DNA of 64,000 bases from Pirellulales bacterium (GCA_040901675.1 JBBDYJ010000014.1:72559-136558), one strand, 5' to 3'. Shown: positions 16,120 to 28,935, counted from the first letter of the stretch. Notes: generated by a model from the letters alone, not told the origin. Numbers and translations: made by a program.

Positions 16120-18864
16120 ATGGCAAAAGCGGAAAAGTACGTCTACTCGTTCGGACCAGGCGGCACCGATGGCGATGCAGGCATGCGCGACTTGCTGGGA
16201 GGCAAAGGCGCGAACCTGGCCGAAATGACCAAAATCGGGCTGCCCGTGCCGGCCGGGTTCACCATCGGCACCAACGTCTGCACCTATTACTATGCCCACG
16301 ATCGTGGCTATCCGCCCGAATTGAAGGACGCGGTTGCCGCCGCCATGGCCAAAGTCGAACAGGAGATGGGGGCCAAGTTCGGCTCGACCAGCAACCCGCT
16401 CCTGGTCTCCTGCCGCTCGGGCGCCCGCGACTCCATGCCCGGCATGATGGACACCGTGCTCAACATCGGCCTCAACGACGAAACGGTCAAAGCGCTCGCC
16501 CAACAGTCGGGCAACGAGCGGTTCGCCTGGGACAGCTATCGCCGCTTCGTGCAGATGTACGGCGACGTCGTCCTGGACATGAAGCCCAAAACCAAGGAAG
16601 ACCACGATCCCTTCGAGGAACTGCTGGCGGCCAAGAAGCGCAAGGCCGGCGTGACCTACGATCACGAGCTTACGGCCGCACAACTCAAGGAGCTCGTGGC
16701 GGAATTCAAGCAGGCCATCAAGCAAGGTACCGGAAAGGACTTTCCCGCCGACCCCATGAGCCAGGTCTGGGGCGCCATCGGCGCCGTCTTCGGAAGCTGG
16801 ATGAACGACCGCGCCGTCGTCTACCGCCGCACCTACGGCATCCCGCACGAGTGGGGCACCGCCGTCAACGTGCAGGCCATGGTCTTCGGCAACCTGGGCG
16901 ACGACTGCGCCACCGGAGTCGCCCTCACCCGCAACGTCGCCCTGGGCACTCCCGGCCTCAACGGCGATTACCTGATCAATGCCCAGGGAGAGGACGTCGT
17001 GGCAGGCATCCGCACCCCCAAGCGGATCGAGGAAACGCTGGAAAAAGACATGCCGGCGGCCTACAAGCAACTGGCCGAGATCGGCCGCAAGCTGGAAAAG
17101 CACTACAAAGAGGTGCAGGACCTGGAGTTCACCGTGCAGCGGGGCAAGGTCTGGATGCTGCAGACCCGCAACGCCAAGCGGACCGGGTTCGCCGCAGTGC
17201 GGATCGCCGTCGACCTGGCGAACGAAGGCTTGATCACCAAGGAGGAGGCCCTGCAGGCCCGCCGTATCCCGGCCGACGACCTGAACCAACTGCTGCAACC
17301 GATCTACGACCCGAAATCGAAGCAGGCGGCGCTCAAGGAAGGCCGCTTGCTGGCCAAGGGGATCAATGCGGGCCCCGGGGCCGCGTCAGGCATCATCTGT
17401 TTCCACGCATCAGACGCCGAGGCGCAGTGGCTGAAGAACAACCACGTCGAGTTGATCCTGGTCCGCCGCGAAACCAGCCCGGAGGATCTGCGGGGCATGA
17501 AGATCGCCAAGGGAATCCTGACGGCGTTCGGGGGTGCCAGCTCGCACGCGGCCCTGGTCAGCCGGCAGATGGGCAAGGCCTGCATCGTGGGCTGCGGCGA
17601 ACTGGAGATCGACTATCGGGCGGGCACGGTCACCGTCGGCGACAAGGTGCTGCGCGAGGGGGACCTGATCTCCATCGACGGTTTCACGGGCGAAGTGTTC
17701 GCCGGCAAAGTCGAGGAGCGGCCCAGCGAAATCCTGCAGGTGCTGATCACCAAGACGCTCAAGCCCGAAGAGTCGGAAACGTATTCCCGCTACAGCCAGC
17801 TCATGTCGTGGGTCGACGAGCATCGCCGGCTCAAGGTGCGGACCAATGCCGACGAGCCCAAGCAGGCGCTGGAAGCGATCGCCTTCGGCGCCGAGGGGAT
17901 CGGGCTGTGCCGCACGGAGCACATGTTCTTCGGGCACATCGACGAGTTCCGCGAAATGATCCTGGCCACCGAGGTCATCGGGCGCGAGGCGGCACTAGTC
18001 AAGCTGCTGCCGTTCCAGCGAGAGGACTTCGAAGGGCTGTTCCGGGCGATGCGAGGGCGTCCGGTGACGATCCGCCTGCTCGATCCGCCGCTGCACGAGT
18101 TCCTGCCGCACCATACGGCGGAACAGGTCGAGCTGGCCGGCAAGATTGGGGTCCCGGCCGAGATCATCGCCCGGCGCGTCCAGGAATTGCACGAGTTCAA
18201 TCCGATGCTGGGCCACCGGGGCTGCCGGCTGGGCATCGTCTACCCGGAGATCACCCGCATGCAGGCCCGCGCCATCTTCGAGGCGGCCGCGAACGTCCAG
18301 CGCGAGGGGATCGACGTGCTGCCCGAGGTGATGATCCCGCTGGTCGGCTTCAGCACCGAATTCAGGGACCAGGAGAAGGTGGTCCGCGAGACGGCCGACC
18401 AGGTCTTCGCCGAGAAGGGGATCCGGGTCGAGTATCTGGTGGGGACGATGGTCGAGGTTCCGCGGGCTGCCGTGCGGGCGGAGGAAATCGCCCAGCGTGC
18501 CGAGTTTTTCAGCTTCGGCACGAACGACCTGACCCAGACCACGCTGGGGATGAGCCGCGACGACTACGCCGGCTACATCAACTATTACCGCGAGCACGAC
18601 ATCGTGCCGCACGACCCCTTCCAGACGATCGACCGCGACGGCGTGGGCAGCCTGATGCAGTTGGCCGTTGAAGGCGGGCGCAAGGCGCGGCCCAAGCTGA
18701 AGATCGGCATCTGCGGCGAGCATGGGGGCGATCCGGCCAGCGTCATGTTCTGCCACGAATTGGGGCTGGATTACGTGAGTTGCTCGCCCTTCCGCGTGCC
18801 GATCGCACGGCTGGCCGCCGCCCAGGCGGCGGTGGCTGAAAAGGCGGCGGGCCGGAGCAAGTAG
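16120..18864 (+). CDS. ppdK: Pyruvate, phosphate dikinase
   Basis: [23 protein letters not shown] phospho-His, [29 protein letters not shown]. Confidence 0.97.
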   Translation: MAKAEKYVYSFGPGGTDGDAGMRDLLGGKGANLAEMTKIGLPVPAGFTIGTNVCTYYYAHDRGYPPELKDAVAAAMAKVEQEMGAKFGSTSNPLLVSCRSGARDSMPGMMDTVLNIGLNDETVKALAQQSGNERFAWDSYRRFVQMYGDVVLDMKPKTKEDHDPFEELLAAKKRKAGVTYDHELTAAQLKELVAEFKQAIKQGTGKDFPADPMSQVWGAIGAVFGSWMNDRAVVYRRTYGIPHEWGTAVNVQAMVFGNLGDDCATGVALTRNVALGTPGLNGDYLINAQGEDVVAGIRTPKRIEETLEKDMPAAYKQLAEIGRKLEKHYKEVQDLEFTVQRGKVWMLQTRNAKRTGFAAVRIAVDLANEGLITKEEALQARRIPADDLNQLLQPIYDPKSKQAALKEGRLLAKGINAGPGAASGIICFHASDAEAQWLKNNHVELILVRRETSPEDLRGMKIAKGILTAFGGASSHAALVSRQMGKACIVGCGELEIDYRAGTVTVGDKVLREGDLISIDGFTGEVFAGKVEERPSEILQVLITKTLKPEESETYSRYSQLMSWVDEHRRLKVRTNADEPKQALEAIAFGAEGIGLCRTEHMFFGHIDEFREMILATEVIGREAALVKLLPFQREDFEGLFRAMRGRPVTIRLLDPPLHEFLPHHTAEQVELAGKIGVPAEIIARRVQELHEFNPMLGHRGCRLGIVYPEITRMQARAIFEAAANVQREGIDVLPEVMIPLVGFSTEFRDQEKVVRETADQVFAEKGIRVEYLVGTMVEVPRAAVRAEEIAQRAEFFSFGTNDLTQTTLGMSRDDYAGYINYYREHDIVPHDPFQTIDRDGVGSLMQLAVEGGRKARPKLKIGICGEHGGDPASVMFCHELGLDYVSCSPFRVPIARLAAAQAAVAEKAAGRSK

Positions 18865-18873
18865 CCGGCGAGC

Positions 18874-18999
18874 GCCAGAATTCGAGCGAGTCGTAGCCGG
18901 ATTCGCCAGAATTCGGGCCGTTGCGCGCTAAACCAGAACTCTGGCGAGTTCTGCTACCGACAAGCGAAGGCGGCCAGAACTCTGGCGGGTCCTGCTACG
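18874..18999. repeat. GTAG-type REP cluster, family B (GTAGCNGRAYTCGCCAGARTTC and inverse)
   Basis: Also at 23035-23102, 26188-26291 and 28664-28860. Confidence 0.85.
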
Positions 19000-19018
19000 G
19001 GCGAGCTGGGAGAAACCG

Positions 19019-19867
19019 TTATCCCGCGGCGGCGCGGAAGCCGGAGTCGCCGGCCCCGTCGTCGGGCAGCTTAATCGTGGCCGGAGGCGGCAACCGCCGC
19101 TCGGGCATAATTCCCCGGCTGCCGCCGGCGAAAAACTCGGTGTACTTTGCAGCGGGTCCGCTCGGGAATTCGACTCGAAGCCGCTCCAGAATCGCCTGCC
19201 ATTTCAATCCGCTGCGGTAGATCAGCCGGTACGCCGCCTTGAGCTGTCCAATATCGTCGTTCGAAAAACCGTTGCGCCGCAGGCCGACCTTGTTCAGCCC
19301 CACGACGTAGCCGCTGTAGCCATCGATGGTGACGAACGGCGGCACGTCCTTCAGCACGCAAGCCAGGCCGCCCACCATCGCCAGCCCGCCCACCCGGCAG
19401 AACTGGTGCACCGCAACGCCCCCGGATATAAAAGCCCGGTCCTCGACCGTGACGTGCCCGGCCAGCATGGAATTGTTGGCGAGAATCGTATGGCTTCCCA
19501 CCCGGCAATCATGTGCGATATGGACCCCGACCATCAGAAAGTTGTTGTCACCCACTACGGTGGAATGTCCCTCCGAGAGTGCCCGATGGATCGTGACATG
19601 TTCTCGGATGGTGTTGTGCACGCCGATCTGGACGATCCCAACGCGCTCGGTCATCCGCAGATGCTGCGGCAGGCCGCCGATGACCGCGCCTTCATAGACG
19701 TGGTTGTCGCTTCCCAGCGTGACGCCTTGCTTGACGACCGCGTGGCTTTCGATCACGGTGCGGTCGCCCACGACGGCCGCCGGCTCGATGATCGCGAAAG
19801 CCCCCACGACCACGTCCTGGCCGATTTGGGCCGTGGGATGGACCACGGCTAGCGGGTGAATTTTCAC
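19019..19867 (-). CDS. lpxA: UDP-N-acetylglucosamine O-acyltransferase
   Basis: IHPLAVV hexapeptide repeats, GGLPQH, IREHVTIHR, HIAHDC, HQFC, GLNKVGLRR. Confidence 0.93.
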   Translation of the reverse strand: MKIHPLAVVHPTAQIGQDVVVGAFAIIEPAAVVGDRTVIESHAVVKQGVTLGSDNHVYEGAVIGGLPQHLRMTERVGIVQIGVHNTIREHVTIHRALSEGHSTVVGDNNFLMVGVHIAHDCRVGSHTILANNSMLAGHVTVEDRAFISGGVAVHQFCRVGGLAMVGGLACVLKDVPPFVTIDGYSGYVVGLNKVGLRRNGFSNDDIGQLKAAYRLIYRSGLKWQAILERLRVEFPSGPAAKYTEFFAGGSRGIMPERRLPPPATIKLPDDGAGDSGFRAAAG

Positions 19868-20277
19868 CGGCAATTGACCTCTCATGGCACGGCCCGCTAC
19901 CAAGGCGGCAAACGTTCCTCGCGCGGGCATGGCGAGGCGGGCCGCCGGCTGGCCAAAGAGATGCGCCGTCGGCCCAATTTACGTATCGGTAAGCCGGGGC
20001 GAGGCAGTTCAACCCGCCCGACCGATCCAGCCCGCTTTTTTGGGGATTTCGGACTACAGTTTCGGCTTCCTCCTTCTGCCGGGCACTGCTTCTCGGCAGC
20101 CGGCGACGCCGGCTGCCTCCAAGCAGTGGCACAGGAGTCAGGAATCGGAGGTCTCCGAGAGCAGCGCCGCAGCCTCTCAGCCAGCCGCCCTATTCCTCCT
20201 TCCTCCTTCCTCCTTCTGCCTTCTACCTTCGGAGGGTACACTAGCGCAAGCACAACCTGACGGAGACTCACCTCGCC

Positions 20278-20592
20278 ATGCCGACAAAAGAAGAACTGTA
20301 CGACCAGGCCGACAAGCTGAAAGACGCGGGCGACCTGGAAGGCGCCGTGGAGCGGCTCAACGAACTGCTGGCCGAGCACCCCGACTACGCGCTGGCCCAC
20401 TCGGCGCTGGCCGTGGTTTACACCCGCCTGCGGAGGCACGACGAAGCGATCCGGCACGCCCAACGAGTGTGCGAGCTGGAACCCAACGACCCGTTCAGCT
20501 ACACCGCCATGAGCGTTACCTACCAGCGGGCCGGCAAGATCCCCGAAGCCGAGGACGCCATGGCCCGCGCGCGGATGGTCCAGGGCCACTGA
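20278..20592 (+). CDS. Small TPR protein
   Basis: TPR helices (PDYALAHSALAVVY; LEPNDPFSYTAMS). Confidence 0.85.
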   Translation: MPTKEELYDQADKLKDAGDLEGAVERLNELLAEHPDYALAHSALAVVYTRLRRHDEAIRHAQRVCELEPNDPFSYTAMSVTYQRAGKIPEAEDAMARARMVQGH

Positions 20593-20602
20593 CCGGCCCG
20601 GC

Positions 20603-21712
20603 TCATATCGAGAGCATTCGGTCGCGGGCGGCCACGGGCCAATGGCCGCGGGCCGACCGATCGTTGACGACGAGCGCCTCTCGATACATGGCGCAGGTCG
20701 GACAGATGTGAAAGGGAACCGCGAAGAGCACGTCGCCCACGGCAAAGTCGGCGGCCCGATCGGTCTCGATCACCAGGTGCTCCTCGTTCTGGCCCAGAAA
20801 GCGGGCGTCGGGAAGCTCCAGAAGCTCGGCGCGCGGCGGCGGGCTGTCCGGCGCCACCGCCTTGTAACCCAGGTCGAGGCAGAGGCGGCCGCCGCCGGGC
20901 TTGCTGATCACGCGGGTCATCACCAGCGCAGCCGGCAGGAAATCCAAGTCCGGAAACTTGCCCGCGTAGCCGGCGTCCCAGAACACGCAGGTGCCGGGAC
21001 TGCACTGGCGGTCGTTGCGCCGCGCGTGCACGGGAAATGTCGGCGTGCCGCCGGCCACCACGCAGGGCACGGGGAAACCCGCGGCCAGGAGGTCTGCGCG
21101 CAGCGCATCGACCGCCTCAAAGTCGGCCTCCACGTGCCGGGTCCGCTCGTCCAGGTCGGCATCGCGGATGTGCCCGTCGTACACGTGCAACCCGCCCGGC
21201 CGAAGGCCCGGCAAGTCGCCGAGCAGGCGATATAAGCCGGCGGCTTCGGTGCCGGGCGCTACGCCCGAACGGTGCATGCCGTTGTCGATGTCGAGCAGCA
21301 CTTCCATCGTCAAGCCATGTGCGTCGACGGTCCGAGACAAAGCCCGGATGGCTCCGGCGTCGTCGGCGATCGTCGAGAATCGCGTGGCCGGGTAGGCTTG
21401 GGCCAGGCGGCACAACCGCTGGCCCGTGGGGCCGACCGGCTGATACGCCAGCAACACGTCGGGCACGGCGGTGCGGGCCGCCAGCTCGGCCTCGGCCACG
21501 GTGGCACACTTGATCTTATCGATGCCCGCGTCGAGCCCGAGTTGAATCACCTCCGCCATCTTGTGGGTCTTGATGTGCGGACGCAGCCGGGCGGTGCCGC
21601 CTGCCATGGCAATCATGCGGCGCAGGTTCTCTTCGACCCGCGGCGGATATACGAGCAACGCCGGCGAGGCAACTTCGTCGATGTTGTCGAAGGTGTACCA
21701 GCGATCGCTCAC
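20603..21712 (-). CDS. D-threonine aldolase / DSD1 family PLP enzyme
   Basis: LRPHIKTHK, MHRSG, HVYDGH, NEEH, HICPT. Confidence 0.9.
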   Translation of the reverse strand: MSDRWYTFDNIDEVASPALLVYPPRVEENLRRMIAMAGGTARLRPHIKTHKMAEVIQLGLDAGIDKIKCATVAEAELAARTAVPDVLLAYQPVGPTGQRLCRLAQAYPATRFSTIADDAGAIRALSRTVDAHGLTMEVLLDIDNGMHRSGVAPGTEAAGLYRLLGDLPGLRPGGLHVYDGHIRDADLDERTRHVEADFEAVDALRADLLAAGFPVPCVVAGGTPTFPVHARRNDRQCSPGTCVFWDAGYAGKFPDLDFLPAALVMTRVISKPGGGRLCLDLGYKAVAPDSPPPRAELLELPDARFLGQNEEHLVIETDRAADFAVGDVLFAVPFHICPTCAMYREALVVNDRSARGHWPVAARDRMLSI

Positions 21713-21786
21713 GGCAGTCCCCCGTCAAAAAACTCTGCGGCGCAATCGAGGATGGCGATGGGTCGCCGGCCCGCGCAACGGCCAGT

Positions 21787-22941
<1,155 letters not shown>

Positions 22942-23034
22942 GAAGGCAGAAGGATGAAGGCAGACACTGGTCGTGAGTGCCCCCTATAGGCTCGAGCCCG
23001 ACAATCTGGGGCACGCTACCGCTTTGCCTCGCAG

Positions 23035-23102
23035 GTAGCTGAACTCGCCAGAGTTCAGGGGAAAGCGGGCCGGCGGGAGCGAATTCTGGCGAATTCGGCT
23101 AC
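23035..23102. repeat. REP family B inverted pair
   Basis: GTAGCTGAACTCGCCAGAGTTC ... GAATTCTGGCGAATTCGGCTAC. Confidence 0.85.
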
Positions 23103-23130
23103 CGAGGGAACACAGCCTACAGCCTGATTT

Positions 23131-23490
23131 TCACGTGCGGGGCTGAGCGCGGACGACCCGCTTTTGCACGTCGGTTTCCAGAACGCCGAAGGCCGCCTCG
23201 TGACGCTGCAGCGTGAGTTGCAAGGCGTGCAGCATTCGCTTGGCGGTGTAGAAGTTGGTCACGATCCGCTGGTTCACCACGACCGGCTCGGTGGGCACGC
23301 CGAACGGCTGCGGGTTGAGGCCGAAGTCGATGATGAGCTCTTCGGGGGTGCCGGTCACGCGGCAGAAGTTGGCGTACATGGCAATCAACTTCGAGTCATC
23401 GACCTTGACCTGCTGGCGTTGCGCGGCCGGCGCGCCTGCTTCGGGAGAGGCGGGGGCTTCGCTGCGGGCTTCGGGCTTGTCGCTGGACAC
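23131..23490 (-). CDS. DUF3467 family protein
   Basis: YANFCRVTGTPEELIIDFG...AKRM. Confidence 0.85.
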   Translation of the reverse strand: MSSDKPEARSEAPASPEAGAPAAQRQQVKVDDSKLIAMYANFCRVTGTPEELIIDFGLNPQPFGVPTEPVVVNQRIVTNFYTAKRMLHALQLTLQRHEAAFGVLETDVQKRVVRAQPRT

Positions 23491-23686
23491 GGAAGACTCC
23501 TTTATGGCTGTCTCGATTGGATTTCAAAGCCGCGCCTCGAGGGGCACATGCCTTCGTCCCCACAGTTTATCGAAAATTCGACGACAGGCCAGTACCCCCG
23601 CGGGGAACGGAGGAAGGCAGAAGGAGGAAAGAAGGAAGGGGAGAAGGGGGGAGCGGGGGAAGGGGGCACACTCCGCCGCAGGCGGA

Positions 23687-23724
23687 ACCAATGACCAATG
23701 ACCAATGACCAATGACCAATGACC
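23687..23724. repeat. Heptamer tandem repeat (CCAATGA)x5
   Basis: Directly visible. Confidence 0.9.
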
Positions 23725-23729
23725 TCTGC

Positions 23730-24005
23730 TCATTCCTTGAGCTTGCCCACAAGTCCCATCGGCGCCAGCGCCTTGGCCGAGACGACGTCGATCAGCTTCA
23801 GCGCGGCGATGTTCTGGTACGGCAAAAGCACCTTGCGGGCGCCCGTCGTATCGGGTGCCTTGCGGTCGAACAGCACCAGGCTGTCGCTGGTCAGAAAGCC
23901 CTCGAAGGGGATCTGCTCTTCGAACGACGTGACCACCACGCCTCGCTGGGGCAGGTCCTTGGGCCAGTTTTGAAGGCAATGCTTGAACGACGCTGAGACG
24001 TCCAT
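23730..24005 (-). CDS. Conserved-looking small hypothetical protein
   Basis: Good codon usage; WPKDLPQRGVVVT...RKAPDTTGARK. Confidence 0.7.
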   Translation of the reverse strand: MDVSASFKHCLQNWPKDLPQRGVVVTSFEEQIPFEGFLTSDSLVLFDRKAPDTTGARKVLLPYQNIAALKLIDVVSAKALAPMGLVGKLKE

Positions 24006-24228
24006 GCCACGGATCCTTTCTTCTCTTTCGGTATGAAATGAATCAAGCGGCTCGAAGCCCTCGGGCTCTTCGCCGCTTGCAGGCACAACGAGTAATGCTA
24101 GCACGCGGCTTTCGGCCTCCGCTGGAAAGGGGCGAAGTTTACGGGCGACTTTGCCGATCATAACGGAAGTGCGGACTGGGCGGACCCAGCCGGCGCCCCG
24201 CGTCCCAAAGGAAGACCTCTGAATCGCC

Positions 24229-24891
24229 ATGTCCCTCCGAACCTCGACCCCCGGTTGCCTGCGTCGATGCCGCCTGCCGGCCCGGATCGTGCTCTGTGCC
24301 GTCCTTTTTGCCGCCGAGGCCGCCTCGGCCGGCGACGCCGATCCAGCCGCGAGCGTGCAGCCCTACTCCAGCCGGCGGACCGCCGCGGCAATGCATCGCG
24401 ATTCGCGGCCAGCACAGCCGTCGGGGCTGTCCGCCTCCCCGCCCCATGCCGACCGGGCGACGCTGGCGGCGCTGCGCGCCGCCCTGAGCGAGCCTGACTC
24501 TCGCCGCAGGCCGCCCCGCGTGCCGGCCGTCCTGCCGGTTGAACCGTTCACCTCCCAGCGGGGTCTCGTCCCACTTCCGGGAAACAACATCGCGATCCAA
24601 GCGGATGAACTGGGGCACGCTAATCGCTTTGCCCCAGCCACCCAGCCGAAGGGCGCCATGGGGAGCCAGTCAGACGGACTGGGGCACGCTGATCGCTTTG
24701 CCCCAGGCACCCAGGGCGGCGATGTCGTCTTGACGGCTGGCTGGTTGCGGGCCGAACCTGCCGCCCTGGATCAACGGGATACAGCCAATCCGCTGCGCAG
24801 CACGACGCTCCCGGAAGCAGACGCCCCTCGGCGGCTGCCGCGAGCCAACCCGTTGCGAGCCCGCGCGAGCGCCTCTTCCAGGCTCAATTGA
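24229..24891 (+). CDS. Putative secreted low-complexity protein with two in-frame REP family A copies
   Basis: Signal-like N-terminus; NPLR repeats; LGHANRFAP / LGHADRFAP. Confidence 0.5.
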   Translation: MSLRTSTPGCLRRCRLPARIVLCAVLFAAEAASAGDADPAASVQPYSSRRTAAAMHRDSRPAQPSGLSASPPHADRATLAALRAALSEPDSRRRPPRVPAVLPVEPFTSQRGLVPLPGNNIAIQADELGHANRFAPATQPKGAMGSQSDGLGHADRFAPGTQGGDVVLTAGWLRAEPAALDQRDTANPLRSTTLPEADAPRRLPRANPLRARASASSRLN

Positions 24892-24984
24892 CCGCGCTCA
24901 ACTCTCGACTGCGGACTGCGCGAAGGCCTTGCCGCGTGGGCGGCAAGGCCTGGCGTTCGAGATCAGAGTACGTTGCCGAAAACG

Positions 24985-26058
24985 CTATTGCAGGTTGGCC
25001 TCGTTGAGCGACCTGATGCGATAGCTGGTAGCTGGATTGGTCCCATCGTACTCGGCCAGGTTGGGGTCGCTGGTGTCGGTCCAGTGAAACCCGGGGGTAC
25101 TCACCTGGGCCCCGTGCGGCGACATGATCAGGCAATACACCGAGTAGTCCATATTCTCGCTGATGAAGCGGACGTGGCCATCGCAGAACGTCACCATGAC
25201 CCCGCCGGGATGTTGGCTCGAGGGCCGGGCATTGAAGATCAGGTCGACCGGGTCGGTCGGCCCGTTGATCCGCTTGGCGTCCTCCAGCGTTGAGGGGTCT
25301 TGCGGCCACCAGATGAAGCCATTCAATGTCTCGTTCGACGTGCCATAAATATTCAGGTCGGCATAATCGGCGGCGTCGATGTTTTCGCTCAACAGCAGCG
25401 TGTTCGAAGTGCCGTCGCGCGAGCTGACATAGTCTTTGTTGACGACGTGGATTGGGCCGGGATTCTCAGTCGGATCCTGCCAGCGATTCAGGAATATTCC
25501 ATTGGCCCGCCAGTCGGCCGGATACCCGGGAGTGGTCGAAGTGGGTGCTTCGGACGGCAAAATATCCATCTGGCCGCAATTGACCACGTAGCTAATCGAC
25601 GTTGACGTGAACGACGGCGCTGGATCGCTGGGGCAATTCAGAATGTCCATGTATCCGTTGAGGACCGGATCGGCAATGAAAGTATAGGTGAATGGGGCCG
25701 TGGTCCCCTGGATGAAGAAGCCCCGCCGCCACTTTCGGTAGGCCTCGTTTTTTTCGAGGTACGGCAGCATCGGCACCACCCAGCTCACCGGGTAGTTGGG
25801 GAAGAGAGTCGGGGCGGTCACCGGAGGGCTGATGAAGAGGTTGTCCCGATAGCCCGGATACGGCTTGCCGGTCCCCGTCGCCGTCAGTTGCTCAAACGCC
25901 CTGCCGAGGTTGTACAAGCTGTTGGAGCAAACGGTGCGTCGCCCCGATTCGCGGGCCTGCTGCACGGCCGGCAGCAACAAGGCCATCAGCATCCCGATGA
26001 TGCTGATCACCACCAGCAACTCGACCAAAGTAAAACCGCCGCGTTTGCCGCGAGACAT
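24985..26058 (-). CDS. DUF1559 prepilin-type protein
   Basis: [43 protein letters not shown]. Confidence 0.93.
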   Translation of the reverse strand: MSRGKRGGFTLVELLVVISIIGMLMALLLPAVQQARESGRRTVCSNSLYNLGRAFEQLTATGTGKPYPGYRDNLFISPPVTAPTLFPNYPVSWVVPMLPYLEKNEAYRKWRRGFFIQGTTAPFTYTFIADPVLNGYMDILNCPSDPAPSFTSTSISYVVNCGQMDILPSEAPTSTTPGYPADWRANGIFLNRWQDPTENPGPIHVVNKDYVSSRDGTSNTLLLSENIDAADYADLNIYGTSNETLNGFIWWPQDPSTLEDAKRINGPTDPVDLIFNARPSSQHPGGVMVTFCDGHVRFISENMDYSVYCLIMSPHGAQVSTPGFHWTDTSDPNLAEYDGTNPATSYRIRSLNEANLQ

Positions 26059-26187
26059 GATCGTTTCTCCGTCCTGGCACCCCTGAAAAGAACTAGCCAC
26101 TGCGATTGTACCAATGGTGGGGGGCTGCTGCCATGATTTTTTCGGAGAAATCGCCCGTAGAAGGGAATTTATTCCGTTCGGCTACCG

Positions 26188-26291
26188 GTAGCCGGATCCG
26201 CCAGAATTCGGGCGCCGCCGCCCGCTGTCCCCTGAACTCTGGCGAGTTCAGCTACCCGCGAGTTCCCTCCTAGCCGGATTCGCCAGAATTC
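26188..26291. repeat. REP family B cluster
   Basis: Three copies in alternating orientation. Confidence 0.8.
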
Positions 26292-26323
26292 GCTCCCGCC
26301 GCCCGCTTTCCCCACAACCCTGG

Positions 26324-28390
26324 CTACCAAAGGAGGTTCAGGCCGCCGTAGCCGGAGATACCCGCGGTGCCGAAGCCGAACACCTCCTGGTATTGCTCGT
26401 CGAGCAGGTTATCCACGCGGGCCAGCAACTGCCACGACCGGTTGAGATCGTAGGTGGCGGCCGCGTTGACCAGGATATAGTGCCGCACCGAGACGCGGCG
26501 CGAAGGAAAGACGGCAAAGTCGGCGTCGTCGCGGTTGTCGACGTAAATGGCTGACAGGTTTAGGTTTCCACGCCCCTGGAACATCAGCCGGTTGAGCGTC
26601 AGGCCGGCCTTGTTCCTGGGCCGCCGCAATAGTGCCAGCCCCGTGTCGCGGTCGCGGGTGCGGGTATAGGTGTAGGAGGCGATCAGCGACGTGGCCGGCG
26701 AGACGATGTACAAGCTGCTCAACTCGACGCCCGTGGCCAGGGCCCGCCCCACGTTGAAGAAGCGGAAACTCGAGGGGTCGAAGTCGATCAGGTTCTCGAA
26801 ATCGTTGCGGAAATAAGTGCCGCCGATCACCCACCGGCCTTGCCCCAAGGGCTGCTCGAGGCCCACGTCCCAGCCCTTGCTCTCCTCGGGCAATAAGCCC
26901 AGGTTTCCACTGAAGGCATCGAACAACTGGAACAACGTCGGCGCCTTGAACCCGGTGCCGATGCTGCCCCGCAGCGCTGTTTCGGTTCCGGGCAGGCGAT
27001 ATAAGCTGGTCGCCCGGTAGGTGTCGGCGGTGCCGGCCTGGCTGTAGTGGTCCTGCCGCGCGCCCAGCGTGGTGAACCAGCGGTCGCCCAGGCTGAGCTG
27101 GTCCTGGAGATACACGCCCGTATTGCGCAGCGATTGCTCCGGCATGTCCCCCTCGAACGGACCGAAGGCCGATTCGCCCGCGAACGAGCTGGCCCCCGTC
27201 TCGTCGGCGTACACGGCCCCCACGGTCAGGGTGTTGCCCTCCAGGAGCAGCAGGTTGTGTTGCCAGTCGAGCATGTGCAACTGGCTGTTGAAGCGGCTGA
27301 AAAAGGCGTCGGAAGGGTGCAGGACGTCGGTCGGGTCGATGGTCCGGCGATTGTGGTCCGCGAAGTTGAAGGCCAGCGTCTGCTCCCACAAGTCGTCGAC
27401 CGTGGCATAGCGAAGCTGCGTGCGGGCGAACGCCTGCTCGGCGAAGTTCCGCTCGTTCGGGTCGTCCATGAAGGGGCCGCCCCCGTCGTCGATCTCGGCG
27501 GTGCCGCGGTGATAGCGAAACACGAAGTCGACGTCGAAGTTCTCATACGGCGTCCAGCCGGTCCGCCCTCCCAGCGTGCCCAGCCGGAAAGCATCGTTCT
27601 CGGTATTGCCCGGCAGCCGCTCGTCGGCGGCCGAGAACCCGTCGGTATCGAAGTACGAACCGGACAGTGCATAGTGGAAGTTGCAGTTGGAGCCGCTCAC
27701 GCTTGCCGATTCGTGCGACGTGCCGAAGCTGCCGCCCATGGCGCCCAGCCGGCCGCTAGGCCGGCCTTGCCCGCGCCTGGTGATGATGTTCACGACGCCG
27801 CCGATCGCATCCGAGCCGTAGAGCGTGCTCTGCGGCCCCCGCAGGATCTCGATCCGTTCGATGTTGTCGACCGAGAGAGTAGAAAAGTCGAACGAGCGGC
27901 CGGGGGTGATCGGATCGTTCAGGGGCAGCCCGTCCAACAGGACCTTGGTGTGCTCCGAGCTGCCGCCGCGGAGGAACACAGAGCTGACCCGCCCAGGGCC
28001 GCCCTGCTGGACCACGTCGACGCCTGGCAGTCCGCGGAGCACTTCGGCCACGCTGGTTTGCCCCTTGGCGCGGATCTGCTCCTCGGTGATCACGCTGATC
28101 GAGCTGCCCACGTCGCCCGAGCGGACCGGGGTGCGCGTCGCGCTCACGACCGGGCCCGCGGCCGGGTAGCCGGTATCGGGCGAGCCGCCGGGCTGGGCGC
28201 GGCCGATGACGGTGGTCTCCGGCAGCACGGGCAAGTCCTCGTCGCTGGCGATGGCCGGCGCAGCGTCCGGCTCGGCCGGCTCGGACTCGGGCTCGCTGGG
28301 AGCGGGCGGTTGCGCGGCGGCCGGACGGGCCGGGCCGCTCAGCACGACTGCCAGCGCCAGCGCGCAGACGCGCGCGTGTTGCTGGAACAC
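26324..28390 (-). CDS. btuB: TonB-dependent receptor, BtuB-like (vitamin B12)
   Basis: Plug motifs VVSATR, IERIEILRGPQSTLYGSDAIGGVVNIIT; preceded by a cobalamin riboswitch. Confidence 0.8.
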   Translation of the reverse strand: MFQQHARVCALALAVVLSGPARPAAAQPPAPSEPESEPAEPDAAPAIASDEDLPVLPETTVIGRAQPGGSPDTGYPAAGPVVSATRTPVRSGDVGSSISVITEEQIRAKGQTSVAEVLRGLPGVDVVQQGGPGRVSSVFLRGGSSEHTKVLLDGLPLNDPITPGRSFDFSTLSVDNIERIEILRGPQSTLYGSDAIGGVVNIITRRGQGRPSGRLGAMGGSFGTSHESASVSGSNCNFHYALSGSYFDTDGFSAADERLPGNTENDAFRLGTLGGRTGWTPYENFDVDFVFRYHRGTAEIDDGGGPFMDDPNERNFAEQAFARTQLRYATVDDLWEQTLAFNFADHNRRTIDPTDVLHPSDAFFSRFNSQLHMLDWQHNLLLLEGNTLTVGAVYADETGASSFAGESAFGPFEGDMPEQSLRNTGVYLQDQLSLGDRWFTTLGARQDHYSQAGTADTYRATSLYRLPGTETALRGSIGTGFKAPTLFQLFDAFSGNLGLLPEESKGWDVGLEQPLGQGRWVIGGTYFRNDFENLIDFDPSSFRFFNVGRALATGVELSSLYIVSPATSLIASYTYTRTRDRDTGLALLRRPRNKAGLTLNRLMFQGRGNLNLSAIYVDNRDDADFAVFPSRRVSVRHYILVNAAATYDLNRSWQLLARVDNLLDEQYQEVFGFGTAGISGYGGLNLLW

Positions 28391-28446
28391 GAAAGCTCCT
28401 TTCTTTCCCGCGAGGAAACGAGCAACTATCTTTGGCTGTTCCAGAC

Positions 28447-28580
28447 CAGATATCCTGGCTCGGGGTCAACCTACCGCCACCCTTCCCGGCCCGTCGGACC
28501 AGTGGCACGTGGCGTTCGTCACCCTTACAGTCGCGGGGCGGCGGGAGCTTTGCACTCCGCTTCCCTGGAATCCGGAACGT
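28447..28580 (-). ncRNA. Cobalamin riboswitch
   Basis: AGGGAAGCGGAGTGCAAAGCTCC-GCCGCCCCGCGACTGTAA...GCCACTGG...GGGAAGG...CCCGAGCCAGGATA B12 box. Confidence 0.9.
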
Positions 28581-28663
28581 TTGTTTGAAGCGGCCTGGAG
28601 CAGCTCCCGGCGCTTCCCCCGTTGGTGAATTCGGTTTATGCCGGTCATGCACGTTACTCAATT

Positions 28664-28860
28664 TGCGACGGCTTTGGCGAAAGTCAGCTCCGGTCGCCCA
28701 GCATGTAGCAGGACTCGCCAGAGTTCTGGCGGCGTAGCACGAGGGCCCGAGGGGCCTGAATTCTGGCGAATTCAGCTACGGGCAGTCGCCATCACGCCGG
28801 GCGTGATGAGCTGCCTCGCGCGGAGCGTGAGGGCTACTGATTCTGGCGAATTCAGCTACA
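28664..28860. repeat. REP family B cluster
   Basis: GTAGCAGGACTCGCCAGAGTTC; GAATTCTGGCGAATTCAGCTAC-like twice. Confidence 0.8.
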
Positions 28861-28935
28861 CCGCGCCTTGCGTGAGCTGCGGTTTACACTGCCGCGGGCA
28901 AAGGCTATCCTTCGCGCCGCTTTGGAGGCTTTTCC

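Noticed and set aside
15939..18671. 910-aa alternative-frame ORF and similar long shadow ORFs (35991-37889, 50249-52585, 55813-58410, 58375-60777)
   Set aside because: High-GC codon-bias shadows of clearly identified genes
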